DNA of 64,000 nucleotides from Chloroflexota bacterium (GCA_021372725.1 JAJFTV010000119.1:119-64118), one strand, 5' to 3'. Counted from the stretch's first letter, positions 36,664 to 45,491 are shown. The notes: generated from the letters alone by a model not told the origin. Made by a program: numbers and translations.

Positions 36664-37448
36664 AAGTCGTTGTCATTACGGGAAGCACGCGCGGGCTTGG
36701 ACTGGGATTGGCACAGGCTTTTTTACAGATGGGTTGTGCGGTGTCGATCAGTGGGCGGACAGCCGAGTATGTGAGGTCATCCACTGAATCATTGGCCCGA
36801 CAGTTTGGCCGCGACCGCGTTCTGGGTTGTGTATGTGATGTTCGCGATGACAGGCAGGTGCAGAATCTTTGGGATACCAGCCGCCAGGTGTTCAGCAAAG
36901 TGGACATCTGGATCAATAATGCCGGTATATCCAATCCGCTGGGCAAATTTTGGGATCAATCTGAAGGCACGATGAGCGATCTTGTCGATACCAATATTTT
37001 GGGGAGCATGTATGGCTCCAAAACAGCCTTGCGTGGCATGCTCACCCAGGGATATGGTGCAGTGTATATCATGTTGGGACTGGGCAGCAACGGGAGAATG
37101 CAGGATGGTTTGATGCTGTACGGTACCAGCAAATCGGCACTGCGTTATTTTACAAGGGCACTGGCAGAGGAAACCAAAGGGACATCCATTGTTGTGGGTG
37201 CTCTCTCACCTGGCATGGTGTTAACAGAAATGCTGGCCAGTCACCGCAGAACATCCCCCCAGACCTGGGAAAATGTCAAACGGGTGCTCAATCTGTTTGG
37301 TGAGCGCGTCGAAACGGTGGCTCCCTGGATGGCGAAACGTATTCTTGAAAATAAAAAGAACGGTGTGGAGATCCGCTGGTTGACCTTCCCGCGATTAATA
37401 GGCCGGTTGGCCACTTACCCGTTTAACCGCTCGCGTGTGGTCAAGTAA
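36660..37448 (+). CDS. SDR-family oxidoreductase
   Basis: TGSTRGLGLG cofactor motif, NNAG, YGTSK catalytic motif. ATGA overlap with the upstream gene. Confidence 0.85.
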   Translation: MKVVVITGSTRGLGLGLAQAFLQMGCAVSISGRTAEYVRSSTESLARQFGRDRVLGCVCDVRDDRQVQNLWDTSRQVFSKVDIWINNAGISNPLGKFWDQSEGTMSDLVDTNILGSMYGSKTALRGMLTQGYGAVYIMLGLGSNGRMQDGLMLYGTSKSALRYFTRALAEETKGTSIVVGALSPGMVLTEMLASHRRTSPQTWENVKRVLNLFGERVETVAPWMAKRILENKKNGVEIRWLTFPRLIGRLATYPFNRSRVVK

Positions 37449-37497
37449 ATTGTTGCCGCGAGATGATCCCATGTGTGGCAGCCGCCAAAAAACAACC

Positions 37498-38247
37498 TTA
37501 TTGGGTAAGTTTTTCCACAATCCAGAAGTGAGATAACCCGAGAACTTGCAGGGGGGTCTTTTCCAGCGCCTGCAGGGCCGCCCTGAGATATTTTCCAAAA
37601 TGGGGCAGCCTGGCAATAATGTTGTCGTATGCGCCAAAGATAGTTTTGCGCTCCACAACCTGCACCGGCAGTCCGGCAAACAGCTTTTTCAGATCCCGGC
37701 GGGTATACACGTTTACATGCGGAGCCAGTTTATCGCGCAGGCTGCGCGGCAGATAGTTGATCAGCGGTTTATTGCCAAAATAATACTTGTTGCGCCAATA
37801 AATGCCATGGGTTTCAAAAGGGTAGCCGCGGTTGGGGCAGAATAAGACCAGCCTTCCGCCCGGTTTTAGCGTACGGATGATTTCGGTAATATATTTTTGA
37901 TCGTCCTGAACGTGTTCCAGTACTTCATGGCTCAGGATCAAGTCAAAAGCATCTGAACGAAATGGCAGACCCTCCCCGGTTCCGCAGACCATCTGATCGA
38001 TCAATTTGTGTGAATCGTGCGCACGGGCAAACTCCACTTCCAGTCCAACTGCCTGTTTGGCCGTAACAGCCATCCGCTGCAAATAAACACCGACGCCGGA
38101 ACCATCTTCGAATACACTGCCATTCAATCTTTCGCCGGCAGCCTTTTCGATCATCCGCCAGCGTCTTTCCTGCCCGGCCCGCCATACCAGAGAGGGTACG
38201 CCAAGCTCGGCAGCTTTTTCAGGTGTATCATGTGAAAAGGCTGGCAT
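37498..38247 (-). CDS. class I SAM-dependent methyltransferase
   Basis: FDLILSHEVLEHVQDD and LKPGGRLVL motifs (Methyltransf_11-like). Confidence 0.75.
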   Translation of the reverse strand: MPAFSHDTPEKAAELGVPSLVWRAGQERRWRMIEKAAGERLNGSVFEDGSGVGVYLQRMAVTAKQAVGLEVEFARAHDSHKLIDQMVCGTGEGLPFRSDAFDLILSHEVLEHVQDDQKYITEIIRTLKPGGRLVLFCPNRGYPFETHGIYWRNKYYFGNKPLINYLPRSLRDKLAPHVNVYTRRDLKKLFAGLPVQVVERKTIFGAYDNIIARLPHFGKYLRAALQALEKTPLQVLGLSHFWIVEKLTQ

Positions 38248-38257
38248 GGGTTAATTG

Positions 38258-40012
38258 TTATTCCTGTTGAGCGGATTGTTCCATCCGGGCTTCAGCGGCC
38301 GGTTTTTCCGTTGGTTCTGGTTCCGGTTTAATGAAAGGCACCCACGCCAGTATGGTCGAGCCGCCATTCGGTTCGGATGTGATTTCAACATCACCGCCCG
38401 CGTTGCCGGCACGCATCTGCATGTTTGAAAGGCCATGTCCCAGCGAAAGGCGGGTTTCATTGACATCAAAACCACGCCCGTCATCATGTACTTCCAGCAA
38501 GGCGCGGCCGGCTGCCGTCCACAGGTTCACGCTTACGCTGGTTGCCCGGGCATGTTTGGCAATATTGGCCAATGCTTCCTGACAGATGTGGAAAAGGGCC
38601 ATGGCCTGGGTTTCAGGCAATCCGGTGAATTCATCGATCGAGGCATTCAAACTGGCTTCAACCAGTGTATTCACTTGAAACTCATTTACCAGGCGCTGTA
38701 TGCCCTGGATCAAGTTTTCATCAAGCAAATAACGGGGCCGAAGGTCGAGAATATAGGATCGAAGATCCCGTATGGTGCTGTTAAGTCCTTCAATAGCCTG
38801 TTCAATTCGCTCTTCCGCTTTATCCTGATCTTCATTCATTAGGAGACGGGCATGCTCAAGGATCAGACCGACGGCATAGATGGATTGGATGATACCGTCA
38901 TGCAAATCCATGCCGATGCGTTTTCGTTCTTCCAATACTACCATACGGCGCTGGTGCAGGTTCAGGCGGGCATTTTCGATGACAGTGCCGACCCAGGAAC
39001 TGATGATGGTGAGAAACTGTACTGCCAGGTCATCCAGCGGCTGAGGCTGACAGGTGGCAACACACAGCACGCCCAGTGAACCGCTGCGGCTGATCAGCGG
39101 GAAACACGCCAACTGCTGGATGTGGTTATTGAAAAGATTTGTATTCAGATCATCAATCTCGTCTTCATACAGATCCAGTATGGCGGACTGGCTTTTTTCG
39201 GCAACTCTTCCAACAACTCCCTGGCCTGTTTTGTATTCGATTTGTTTCCAAAAACGATCGACGTTATCTCCGTAATGAAGCTGGAGGGTATGCAGGTTGC
39301 TATCTTCCTGGGCAAGATACACTTCACCGGCTGCCAGATGCAAAGTATTGATCACCTGGTCAAGTGTATCCTGAAGCATCTGGCTGATTTCTGAATCAGA
39401 GGAGAGTGTGGCGGCCAGTGTATTGAGCATGGCCAGGTTTTCATTACGGCGGGTCAGGGAATTGTCGCGCTGGGTCAGGTTCGCTCGCAGCAAGGTGTTG
39501 GTAATGCCGATCCCTGCATAAGATGCCAGAGTCTCCAATATAATCTGGTCATCAGCAGAGAAGGATCGTTCATTTAGTTTATTGACTGCCAGAATCTGGC
39601 CCACCATGGTGACGCCCTGCATGATGGGCACATAGAGGAAGGAGATCACATCGGGATGCTGACTGGCCAATCCGACCAGTTTAGCCCGGTATTCGGGTGG
39701 AAAGCGGGCGGAAATACCTCCGGGAGCCATATTCTGGAAGATGCTCTGTGCATAGACCGGATTTTCCACGATCTCATATTCGAATGCCTGAGCTTCCGGG
39801 TTTTGCATTCGGACGGTTATGTCATTTCCAGGTTTTGTCGGATCGAGTACCAGATTAACGCTACAGGCACTGGCTCCGGTATGACAGCAGGCTAGGGAGG
39901 CGATCTTCTCCAAAAGGTGTTCCTGTGAACTGTATTGGATGATTTTTATAGCGGATGAATGAAGCTGCGCCAACCGTTTGGTAATATTGTTTCTGGCCAA
40001 TGTGCTTTCCAT
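38258..40012 (-). CDS. GAF-domain sensor histidine kinase (HisKA_3 / NarX-LiaS type)
   Basis: Two GAF-like regions, then the ERKRIGMDLHDGIIQ H-box and HATPase_c motifs (HDDGRGF, GLSNM). No response regulator gene nearby. Confidence 0.85.
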   Translation of the reverse strand: MESTLARNNITKRLAQLHSSAIKIIQYSSQEHLLEKIASLACCHTGASACSVNLVLDPTKPGNDITVRMQNPEAQAFEYEIVENPVYAQSIFQNMAPGGISARFPPEYRAKLVGLASQHPDVISFLYVPIMQGVTMVGQILAVNKLNERSFSADDQIILETLASYAGIGITNTLLRANLTQRDNSLTRRNENLAMLNTLAATLSSDSEISQMLQDTLDQVINTLHLAAGEVYLAQEDSNLHTLQLHYGDNVDRFWKQIEYKTGQGVVGRVAEKSQSAILDLYEDEIDDLNTNLFNNHIQQLACFPLISRSGSLGVLCVATCQPQPLDDLAVQFLTIISSWVGTVIENARLNLHQRRMVVLEERKRIGMDLHDGIIQSIYAVGLILEHARLLMNEDQDKAEERIEQAIEGLNSTIRDLRSYILDLRPRYLLDENLIQGIQRLVNEFQVNTLVEASLNASIDEFTGLPETQAMALFHICQEALANIAKHARATSVSVNLWTAAGRALLEVHDDGRGFDVNETRLSLGHGLSNMQMRAGNAGGDVEITSEPNGGSTILAWVPFIKPEPEPTEKPAAEARMEQSAQQE

Positions 40013-40183
40013 AACTTTGACTATTTTACTCTACTTTACCTGATCGGATCGTTTTCTGTCAATTTTCCCAGTGACGGTATGGTTCTGCGGGCTGAATGCA
40101 CCAGCCGTAATTACCAGAGCGATGCTGTTATTGGTGATTTTGAATGGGACCCTGGCCGGGTTGTAAATCCAGTGTTCAGGCGT

Positions 40184-40300
40184 CCAGTATTCCGTCAAAC
40201 ATGATTCAATGATTTCATTTTTAAGTAACGGAATACTTTAAGCTCTGTCAAAGTAAAAAAGTATTAGTGGTAAATGTTAGCTTGAACTTTGACAGAGCAC
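40184..40300 (+). repeat. 117-nt two-hairpin repeat, copy X
   Basis: The reverse complement of 45365-45482 aligns over the full length with about 10 substitutions and 1 indel. Internal stems are AGTATTCC/GGAATACT (40186-40193 / 40230-40237) and GCTCTGTCAAAGT/ACTTTGACAGAGC (40242-40254 / 40286-40298). Confidence 0.85.
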
Positions 40301-40384
40301 CAGGTTGTTGTTAGGCCCAAAATAAAAGTTCACCCATTCAACAGGATATTATGGTACAATGATACTATCATACAATGATACAAT

Positions 40385-40810
40385 ATGAATAATCAAGAAA
40401 TTCTATCTTTGATCCAAATTGATTTATGCACAGGTACACCGGCCTACATGCAGATCGTCCAGCAGGTACAGGGTTTGATCCTGCGCCAGAAACTGTGCCC
40501 CGGAGATCAATTACCCACTGTCCGGCAGTTGGCTGCGCAACTTTCGATCAACTTTAATACTGTCGCCCGGGCATATCGTTTATTGGACAGGGCCGGTTTT
40601 ATCACCACCCAACGAGGAAGGGGAACCTATGTTCTGGATAGTGTCGGTTCGCAAAACAAGCTGCGGGCTGAAATGTTGTCTGAACTGGCTGCCAGTTTTG
40701 TATCCGAAACCTGCCGGCTTGGATACCCGGTTCACGAGGTTCTCCAGGCGGTTCGGCAGCAAATCCGTGAGCAGGGGACAAATCATCCACACAACAAAAT
40801 GGATGGGTAA
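40385..40810 (+). CDS. GntR-family (YtrA-like) transcriptional regulator
   Basis: The wHTH LPTVRQLAAQLSINFNTVARAYRLL is followed by a short C-terminal domain. ABC ATPase and ABC-2 permease genes follow, as in ytrA-type operons. Confidence 0.85.
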   Translation: MNNQEILSLIQIDLCTGTPAYMQIVQQVQGLILRQKLCPGDQLPTVRQLAAQLSINFNTVARAYRLLDRAGFITTQRGRGTYVLDSVGSQNKLRAEMLSELAASFVSETCRLGYPVHEVLQAVRQQIREQGTNHPHNKMDG

Positions 40811-40885
40811 ATGTTTCATGTGAAACATTTATACTCAAGGATCGTAAAGTAGTTCCCCTGCCGGGGGCGGGGATAAAGGAGAGAT

Positions 40886-41857
40886 ATGACGCCTGTTATC
40901 GAAGTAAATCATCTCGTTCATAATTTTGGAGACACCCCTGCTCTGCGGGGAATCGATTTTTCCGTCCAAAAGGGCGAGATTTTTGCGCTGCTTGGACCCA
41001 ACGGAGCAGGAAAAACGACCACAATCCGTCTGTTGAATGGGCTCTTTACACCCACCGGAGGGCAAATTCGTCTCCTGGGGTTGGATCCCACCACTCAGGG
41101 AGACCAGGTACGGCAGCAGACCGGTGTGCTCACCGAGACTCCTGCCCTGTATGAACGTCTGACGGCCTGGCAGAATATTGAATTCTTTGGAACACTGGCC
41201 GGTATGCCGACTCCGGCCTGGCGAAAGCGGGGACAGGAATTGCTGGTGTTTTTTGAGTTGGAAAAACGAGCCAACGAGCGTGTGGCTGCTTACAGCAAGG
41301 GAATGAAGCAGCGGCTGGCATTGGCACGCGCCCTGCTGCATGATCCGCCGGTCTTGTTTCTGGATGAACCCACTTCAGGTCTCGACCCGGAGGCAGCCGG
41401 CCAGGTGCATGACCTGATCGAATCCATCCGTACCGAACAAGGCCGTACAGTGGTGCTTTGCACGCACAATCTGGTGGAAGCCCAACGTTTGTGTGACCGC
41501 GTGGCGATACTACAGCGCGGCCTGGTTCTGGCTTCCGGGAGCATCGGGGATTTGCGGAAAGGCTTTGACAGCGGTCAATGGGTGATGGTGAAGCTGCTGG
41601 GAACGTCTTCTGCCGGTCTACGGGATCAAATAATGGCACTTCCCGGCGTAAAGCAGGCAAAAGTCGAAACCCGGCCGGAGGGGGTGATCTCCTGCAAGAT
41701 ACAGGTTCAATCCAATGAAGACACTGCCGATCTGGCGGATTATCTGGTCAGGAATGGATACCGGCTGGTGGCACTCCAACCTCAGGATATTTCGCTTGAG
41801 GATATCTATTTCAAACTGCAAGACCAGGCCAAAGGAGAGCAAAATGAGGTGGCGTAA
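40886..41857 (+). CDS. ABC transporter ATP-binding protein (ABC-2 type exporter)
   Basis: GPNGAGKTT, YSKGMKQRL, LFLDEPTSGLD. AAAGGAGAG RBS. Confidence 0.88.
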   Translation: MTPVIEVNHLVHNFGDTPALRGIDFSVQKGEIFALLGPNGAGKTTTIRLLNGLFTPTGGQIRLLGLDPTTQGDQVRQQTGVLTETPALYERLTAWQNIEFFGTLAGMPTPAWRKRGQELLVFFELEKRANERVAAYSKGMKQRLALARALLHDPPVLFLDEPTSGLDPEAAGQVHDLIESIRTEQGRTVVLCTHNLVEAQRLCDRVAILQRGLVLASGSIGDLRKGFDSGQWVMVKLLGTSSAGLRDQIMALPGVKQAKVETRPEGVISCKIQVQSNEDTADLADYLVRNGYRLVALQPQDISLEDIYFKLQDQAKGEQNEVA

Positions 41858-42680
41858 TATTTTTGCAATTGTGAAAAAGGATCTTCTGGAGGTACGCCAG
41901 AATAAGGCTGCCTGGCTGCCTATGATCATTGCTCCGGCAATTATTATCGTTGTGCTCCCGCTGGTACTGCTGGTGCTTCCACAATTCATTCCGGCCATGG
42001 AAAATGAATTTGTCAATGATCCGGATCTGGTCTCCATGTATGCTGCACTGCCTCCGGCTATGATGGAGGCAATAGAAGGAATGACCCCCATGCAATCGGT
42101 CGTCATCATGATGCTCGGTTACATGTTCGCACCCATGTTTCTGATCTTCCCGTTGGCCTTCTCCACCGTGGTGGCAGCCGAGTCATTTGCCGGAGAGCGG
42201 GAAAGAAAAACCCTCGAAGCATTACTTTATACACCCGCGACAGAAAAGGAATTGTTTTGGGGCAAGGTGATTACCGGAGTGATCCCATCACTGGCCATAT
42301 CCTGGGGCAGTTTTGTGTTATATACGATTGTTCTGAATACGGCCGGCTATCCTGTTTTTCACCGCCTGTGGTTTCCGCTGCCGTCGTGGTACCCGCTGAT
42401 TTTCTGGATCACGCCGGCGCTGTCGCTGCTCGGTGTGGCCGTTACTGTATTAATCTCGTCACGGGTGCAGACCTTTATGGGGGCTTACCAGACGAGTGCT
42501 TCGCTGGTGGTAATAGTGCTGGCTTTGCTGGTGGGACAGATCAGTGGGGTGGTCTATTTGACGGTAGGAACAGGTTTATTGGTCGGCCTTGTGTTTTGGA
42601 TTGTTTCTGCAGCTCTTATTATGCTGGCGATGCGCGGTTTTAAACGCCCCACTCTTCTACTGGGAATGAAAGGATCGTAA
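41844..42680 (+). CDS. ABC-2 type transporter permease
   Basis: The start MRWRNIFAIVKKDLLEV overlaps the ATPase stop by 14 nt. Six TM segments. Confidence 0.7.
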   Translation: MRWRNIFAIVKKDLLEVRQNKAAWLPMIIAPAIIIVVLPLVLLVLPQFIPAMENEFVNDPDLVSMYAALPPAMMEAIEGMTPMQSVVIMMLGYMFAPMFLIFPLAFSTVVAAESFAGERERKTLEALLYTPATEKELFWGKVITGVIPSLAISWGSFVLYTIVLNTAGYPVFHRLWFPLPSWYPLIFWITPALSLLGVAVTVLISSRVQTFMGAYQTSASLVVIVLALLVGQISGVVYLTVGTGLLVGLVFWIVSAALIMLAMRGFKRPTLLLGMKGS

Positions 42681-42698
42681 ACCTTCAATAACATGAAA

Positions 42699-42714
42699 TA
42701 GAACTATTGTTCTA
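42699..42714. promoter_or_regulatory. perfect 16-bp palindrome containing GAAC-N4-GTTC (second LexA-box-like site)
   Basis: TAGAACTATTGTTCTA, with the core GAACTATTGTTC at 42701-42712. It lies in the 219-nt gap before the Lgt-like gene. Confidence 0.4.
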
Positions 42715-42784
42715 TTGATAATTTATAACAGTATGGTATTATTAAATAGTCAAACGTCAGGGTGCCCCCCTCACCCCGGCGTTT

Positions 42785-42829
42785 GATGTTTTAACATCAA
42801 AGATGTTTTAACATTTTTGATGTTTTACA
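42785..42829 (+). repeat. three direct GATGTTTTA(A)CA repeats at a 17-nt period
   Basis: Copies at 42785-42796, 42802-42813 and 42819-42829. The first is embedded in the palindrome TGATGTTTTAACATCA. Confidence 0.7.
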
Positions 42830-42899
42830 GTTCCTCTTTTGTGATGGGGTATTTTTACCCTCCTGTGGTATCATACACAACAAGGATTGGCAGTGACCC

Positions 42900-43622
42900 G
42901 TGGCCACATATTCATTCATGATCGGTTTGGGAGCCTCATTAGCCGTTTTACGGGTTGTTCAACATGTACCCCGCTGGCAGTCTCCGCGCTGGTCGGATGC
43001 CGCCTTGCTCTGCCTTCTGGCAAGCCTGATCGGGGCGCGTCTGTTTTATGTTTTCTTCCAGTGGCCTTTTTATAGATTACATATTTTGGAGTCCTTCGCA
43101 TTGTGGAAGGGCGGCCTTTCATGGGCGGGAGCCATTCCGGGGGCATATTTTGGATGCTGGTTCATGGCAAAACGTTGGAAGACAGACTTTCTGAAAATTG
43201 CAGACGCTCTTTCACCCATGATCCCGCCGCTGGTTATTTTCATCTGGTTGGGCTGCTGGCTGGGTGGTTTCGCGTACGGTTGGGCAGCTCCACAAGGTGC
43301 ATTTTGGGGAGTGCCGGCCCGCGATGAAGCCGGTGTATTGCTGGAACGGTTTCCATTGCAACTGATCGCAGCCGTCAGCCTGCTGGCCTTTGCATTCTGG
43401 CTGGAAACACGAAAGGCTCCATTCCCAAAAGCGGGACAAAAAGCGGCCGTGATGCAGCTTGGATTGGCGGTTAATCTGTTGATTTTCATACCGATGCAGG
43501 CAGATCCGGCCCCCGTACTGTTCGACATCCGGCTGGATGTTTGGGCGGCGCTGGCATTTTTTCTCTTCAGCGCTGCCATTTTCTACCGGCTGTTTTCCCG
43601 CTCTGAACCATCACGGACTTAA
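42900..43622 (+). CDS. divergent prolipoprotein diacylglyceryl transferase (Lgt)-family membrane protein
   Basis: GARLFYV, LWKGGLSWAGAIPG and IADALSPMIPPLV..LGCWLGGF align by eye with the Lgt blocks GGRIGYV, VWDGGMSFHGGLIG and ..GRLGNF. GTG start. Confidence 0.55.
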   Translation: MATYSFMIGLGASLAVLRVVQHVPRWQSPRWSDAALLCLLASLIGARLFYVFFQWPFYRLHILESFALWKGGLSWAGAIPGAYFGCWFMAKRWKTDFLKIADALSPMIPPLVIFIWLGCWLGGFAYGWAAPQGAFWGVPARDEAGVLLERFPLQLIAAVSLLAFAFWLETRKAPFPKAGQKAAVMQLGLAVNLLIFIPMQADPAPVLFDIRLDVWAALAFFLFSAAIFYRLFSRSEPSRT

Positions 43623-43645
43623 TTCTTTCTTAAAGAGAAACTCGT

Positions 43646-44506
43646 ATGGAAATTCGGGTAGCACTGGCACAAATGAATACAATCCTCGGTGACGTCCCCG
43701 CCAACCTGGACAAACATTTCCAAATGGTCGATTCGGCAAAAGCTGAGGGGGCTGATCTGATCATCTTTCCGGAATTGTCACTAACCGGATATGTCTTGCA
43801 GGATCTGGTTTTGACCGTTGCCATGGATCCCAATCACCACCCGGCTTTTGATCGTCTCAAACAGGCTAGCCGGGAAATTGATCTGATGGCCGGTTTCGTG
43901 GAGGTGGACGCTCGCAGCCGGTTTTACATTTCGACCGCCTACCTGTCTCAAGGTGAAATCCTGCATATTCACCGCAAAATCTATTTGCCAACCTATACCA
44001 TCTTTGATGAAAAACGATTTTTTACCCCTGGCCGCACGGTCAAGGCTTTTGATACCCGCTTCGGACGGGCCGGCATGTTGATTTGTGAGGATTTTTGGCA
44101 TATTTCCACTCCCTATTTGCTGTGGGTGGATGGTGCCGATCTATTTTTTTGCCATGCAGCCTCACCGGGGCATGGTTTAAGCGCGTCCCCGCATCTTGCC
44201 TCCGAAAACCAGGTGCAAACAATCCTCAGCGCATACGCCGGCCTGTTTACTTCCTGCTTTGTGTATACCAATCGTACCGGTTATGAAGATGGGCTTCATT
44301 TTCCAGGCGGTTCAATGGTTGTGGACTCAGGTGGCAATGTCATTGCGAAAGCCCATGATGAAGAAGGGTTAACCTGCACCAATTTGGATACCTCTGAATT
44401 GAGACGAAGGCGTTTCCGGCTGCCGTTGCTGCGCGACGAACGACCTGATCTGGTACTCAACGAGCTTCAACGCATCCTGCATCAACAGGATATAACCAAT
44501 CTGTAA
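43646..44506 (+). CDS. carbon-nitrogen hydrolase (nitrilase superfamily), probable glutaminase partner of NadE
   Basis: Contexts for the E-K-C triad are FPELSLTGY, HRKIYLP and LICEDFWH. It sits directly upstream of nadE. Confidence 0.75.
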   Translation: MEIRVALAQMNTILGDVPANLDKHFQMVDSAKAEGADLIIFPELSLTGYVLQDLVLTVAMDPNHHPAFDRLKQASREIDLMAGFVEVDARSRFYISTAYLSQGEILHIHRKIYLPTYTIFDEKRFFTPGRTVKAFDTRFGRAGMLICEDFWHISTPYLLWVDGADLFFCHAASPGHGLSASPHLASENQVQTILSAYAGLFTSCFVYTNRTGYEDGLHFPGGSMVVDSGGNVIAKAHDEEGLTCTNLDTSELRRRRFRLPLLRDERPDLVLNELQRILHQQDITNL

Positions 44507-44534
44507 AAGCGCAAAAGCACAGGTGTATTGATAT

Positions 44535-45365
44535 ATGACAGAAAAAATTGATCTCACAATTAACCCCGATCTGACGCGCAAGATCATTACCGGTTTCATC
44601 CGCAGCGAAATTCAACGCGCCGGTCTGCAGCGTGCTGTGATGGGATTATCCGGCGGTCTTGACTCGGCCCTGACATGTTTTCTGGCTGCTGAAGCTTTGG
44701 GCCCGCAGAATGTTCTGGCGATCCGGCTGCCGTACAAATCATCTTCACAAGATTCAATGGATGATGCACAGGCAGTCATCGACAAGACTGGCGTGCAATC
44801 CACTACCATTCCCATCAGCCCCATGGTCGATCCGCTGATCGGGCAGTTCCCTGATATGGATTCGATCCGCAAGGGGAATATCATGGCCCGTATGCGCATG
44901 ATAGTCTGGTATGACCAGTCTGCCGCTTTCGAGGGGTTGGTCATTGGCACCGGCAACAAAACTGAAATTTTATTGGGATACACAACCCTGTACGGCGATT
45001 CAGGTGTGGCGTTGGTACCACTGGGTGATTTGTATAAAACGCAGGTGCGCCAGTTGGCCGCAGCAGTTGGGGTGCCGCAGCAGATCCTCCAAAAACCGCC
45101 TTCAGCCGATTTATGGATAGGCCAGACGGATGAGGGGGAACTGGGATTTACTTATGCAGAGGTGGACAGACTGCTGTATCTGCTGGTGGATGAGCGCTGC
45201 TCCATGGATGAGTGTATCCAGGCGGGGTTTGACGAAAAATTTATTAAAATTGTCGTCGAACGTATCCGGCGCAACCATTTCAAACGGGTCATGCCGCCTG
45301 TCGCCAAGCTGAGCAACCGTACAACCGGTTACGATTTTCTATATCTGCGCGATTGGGGTACCTAG
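44535..45365 (+). CDS. nadE: NAD+ synthetase (single-domain NadE)
   Basis: SGGLDSAL PP-loop, GTGNKTE, and PSADLW...TDE motifs. Confidence 0.9.
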   Translation: MTEKIDLTINPDLTRKIITGFIRSEIQRAGLQRAVMGLSGGLDSALTCFLAAEALGPQNVLAIRLPYKSSSQDSMDDAQAVIDKTGVQSTTIPISPMVDPLIGQFPDMDSIRKGNIMARMRMIVWYDQSAAFEGLVIGTGNKTEILLGYTTLYGDSGVALVPLGDLYKTQVRQLAAAVGVPQQILQKPPSADLWIGQTDEGELGFTYAEVDRLLYLLVDERCSMDECIQAGFDEKFIKIVVERIRRNHFKRVMPPVAKLSNRTTGYDFLYLRDWGT

Positions 45366-45482
45366 TGCTCTGTCAAAATTCAATCTGACATTTGCAACCA
45401 GTACTTTTTTTACTTTGACAGAGCTTAAAGTATTCCGTTCCTTAAAAATGAAATCATCGAATCATGTTTGATGGAATACTGG
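45365..45482 (-). repeat. 118-nt two-hairpin repeat, copy Y (inverted relative to X)
   Basis: See copy X. The inner end abuts the nadE stop codon. The outer end lies 10 nt before the ATG of the MFS gene. Confidence 0.85.
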
Positions 45483-45491
45483 TACTTCACA

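Noticed and set aside
43646-44506. CN-hydrolase as apolipoprotein N-acyltransferase (Lnt) partner of the Lgt-like gene
   Set aside because: It has no transmembrane segments, and it sits immediately upstream of single-domain nadE. A glutaminase subunit of NAD synthetase is the simpler reading.
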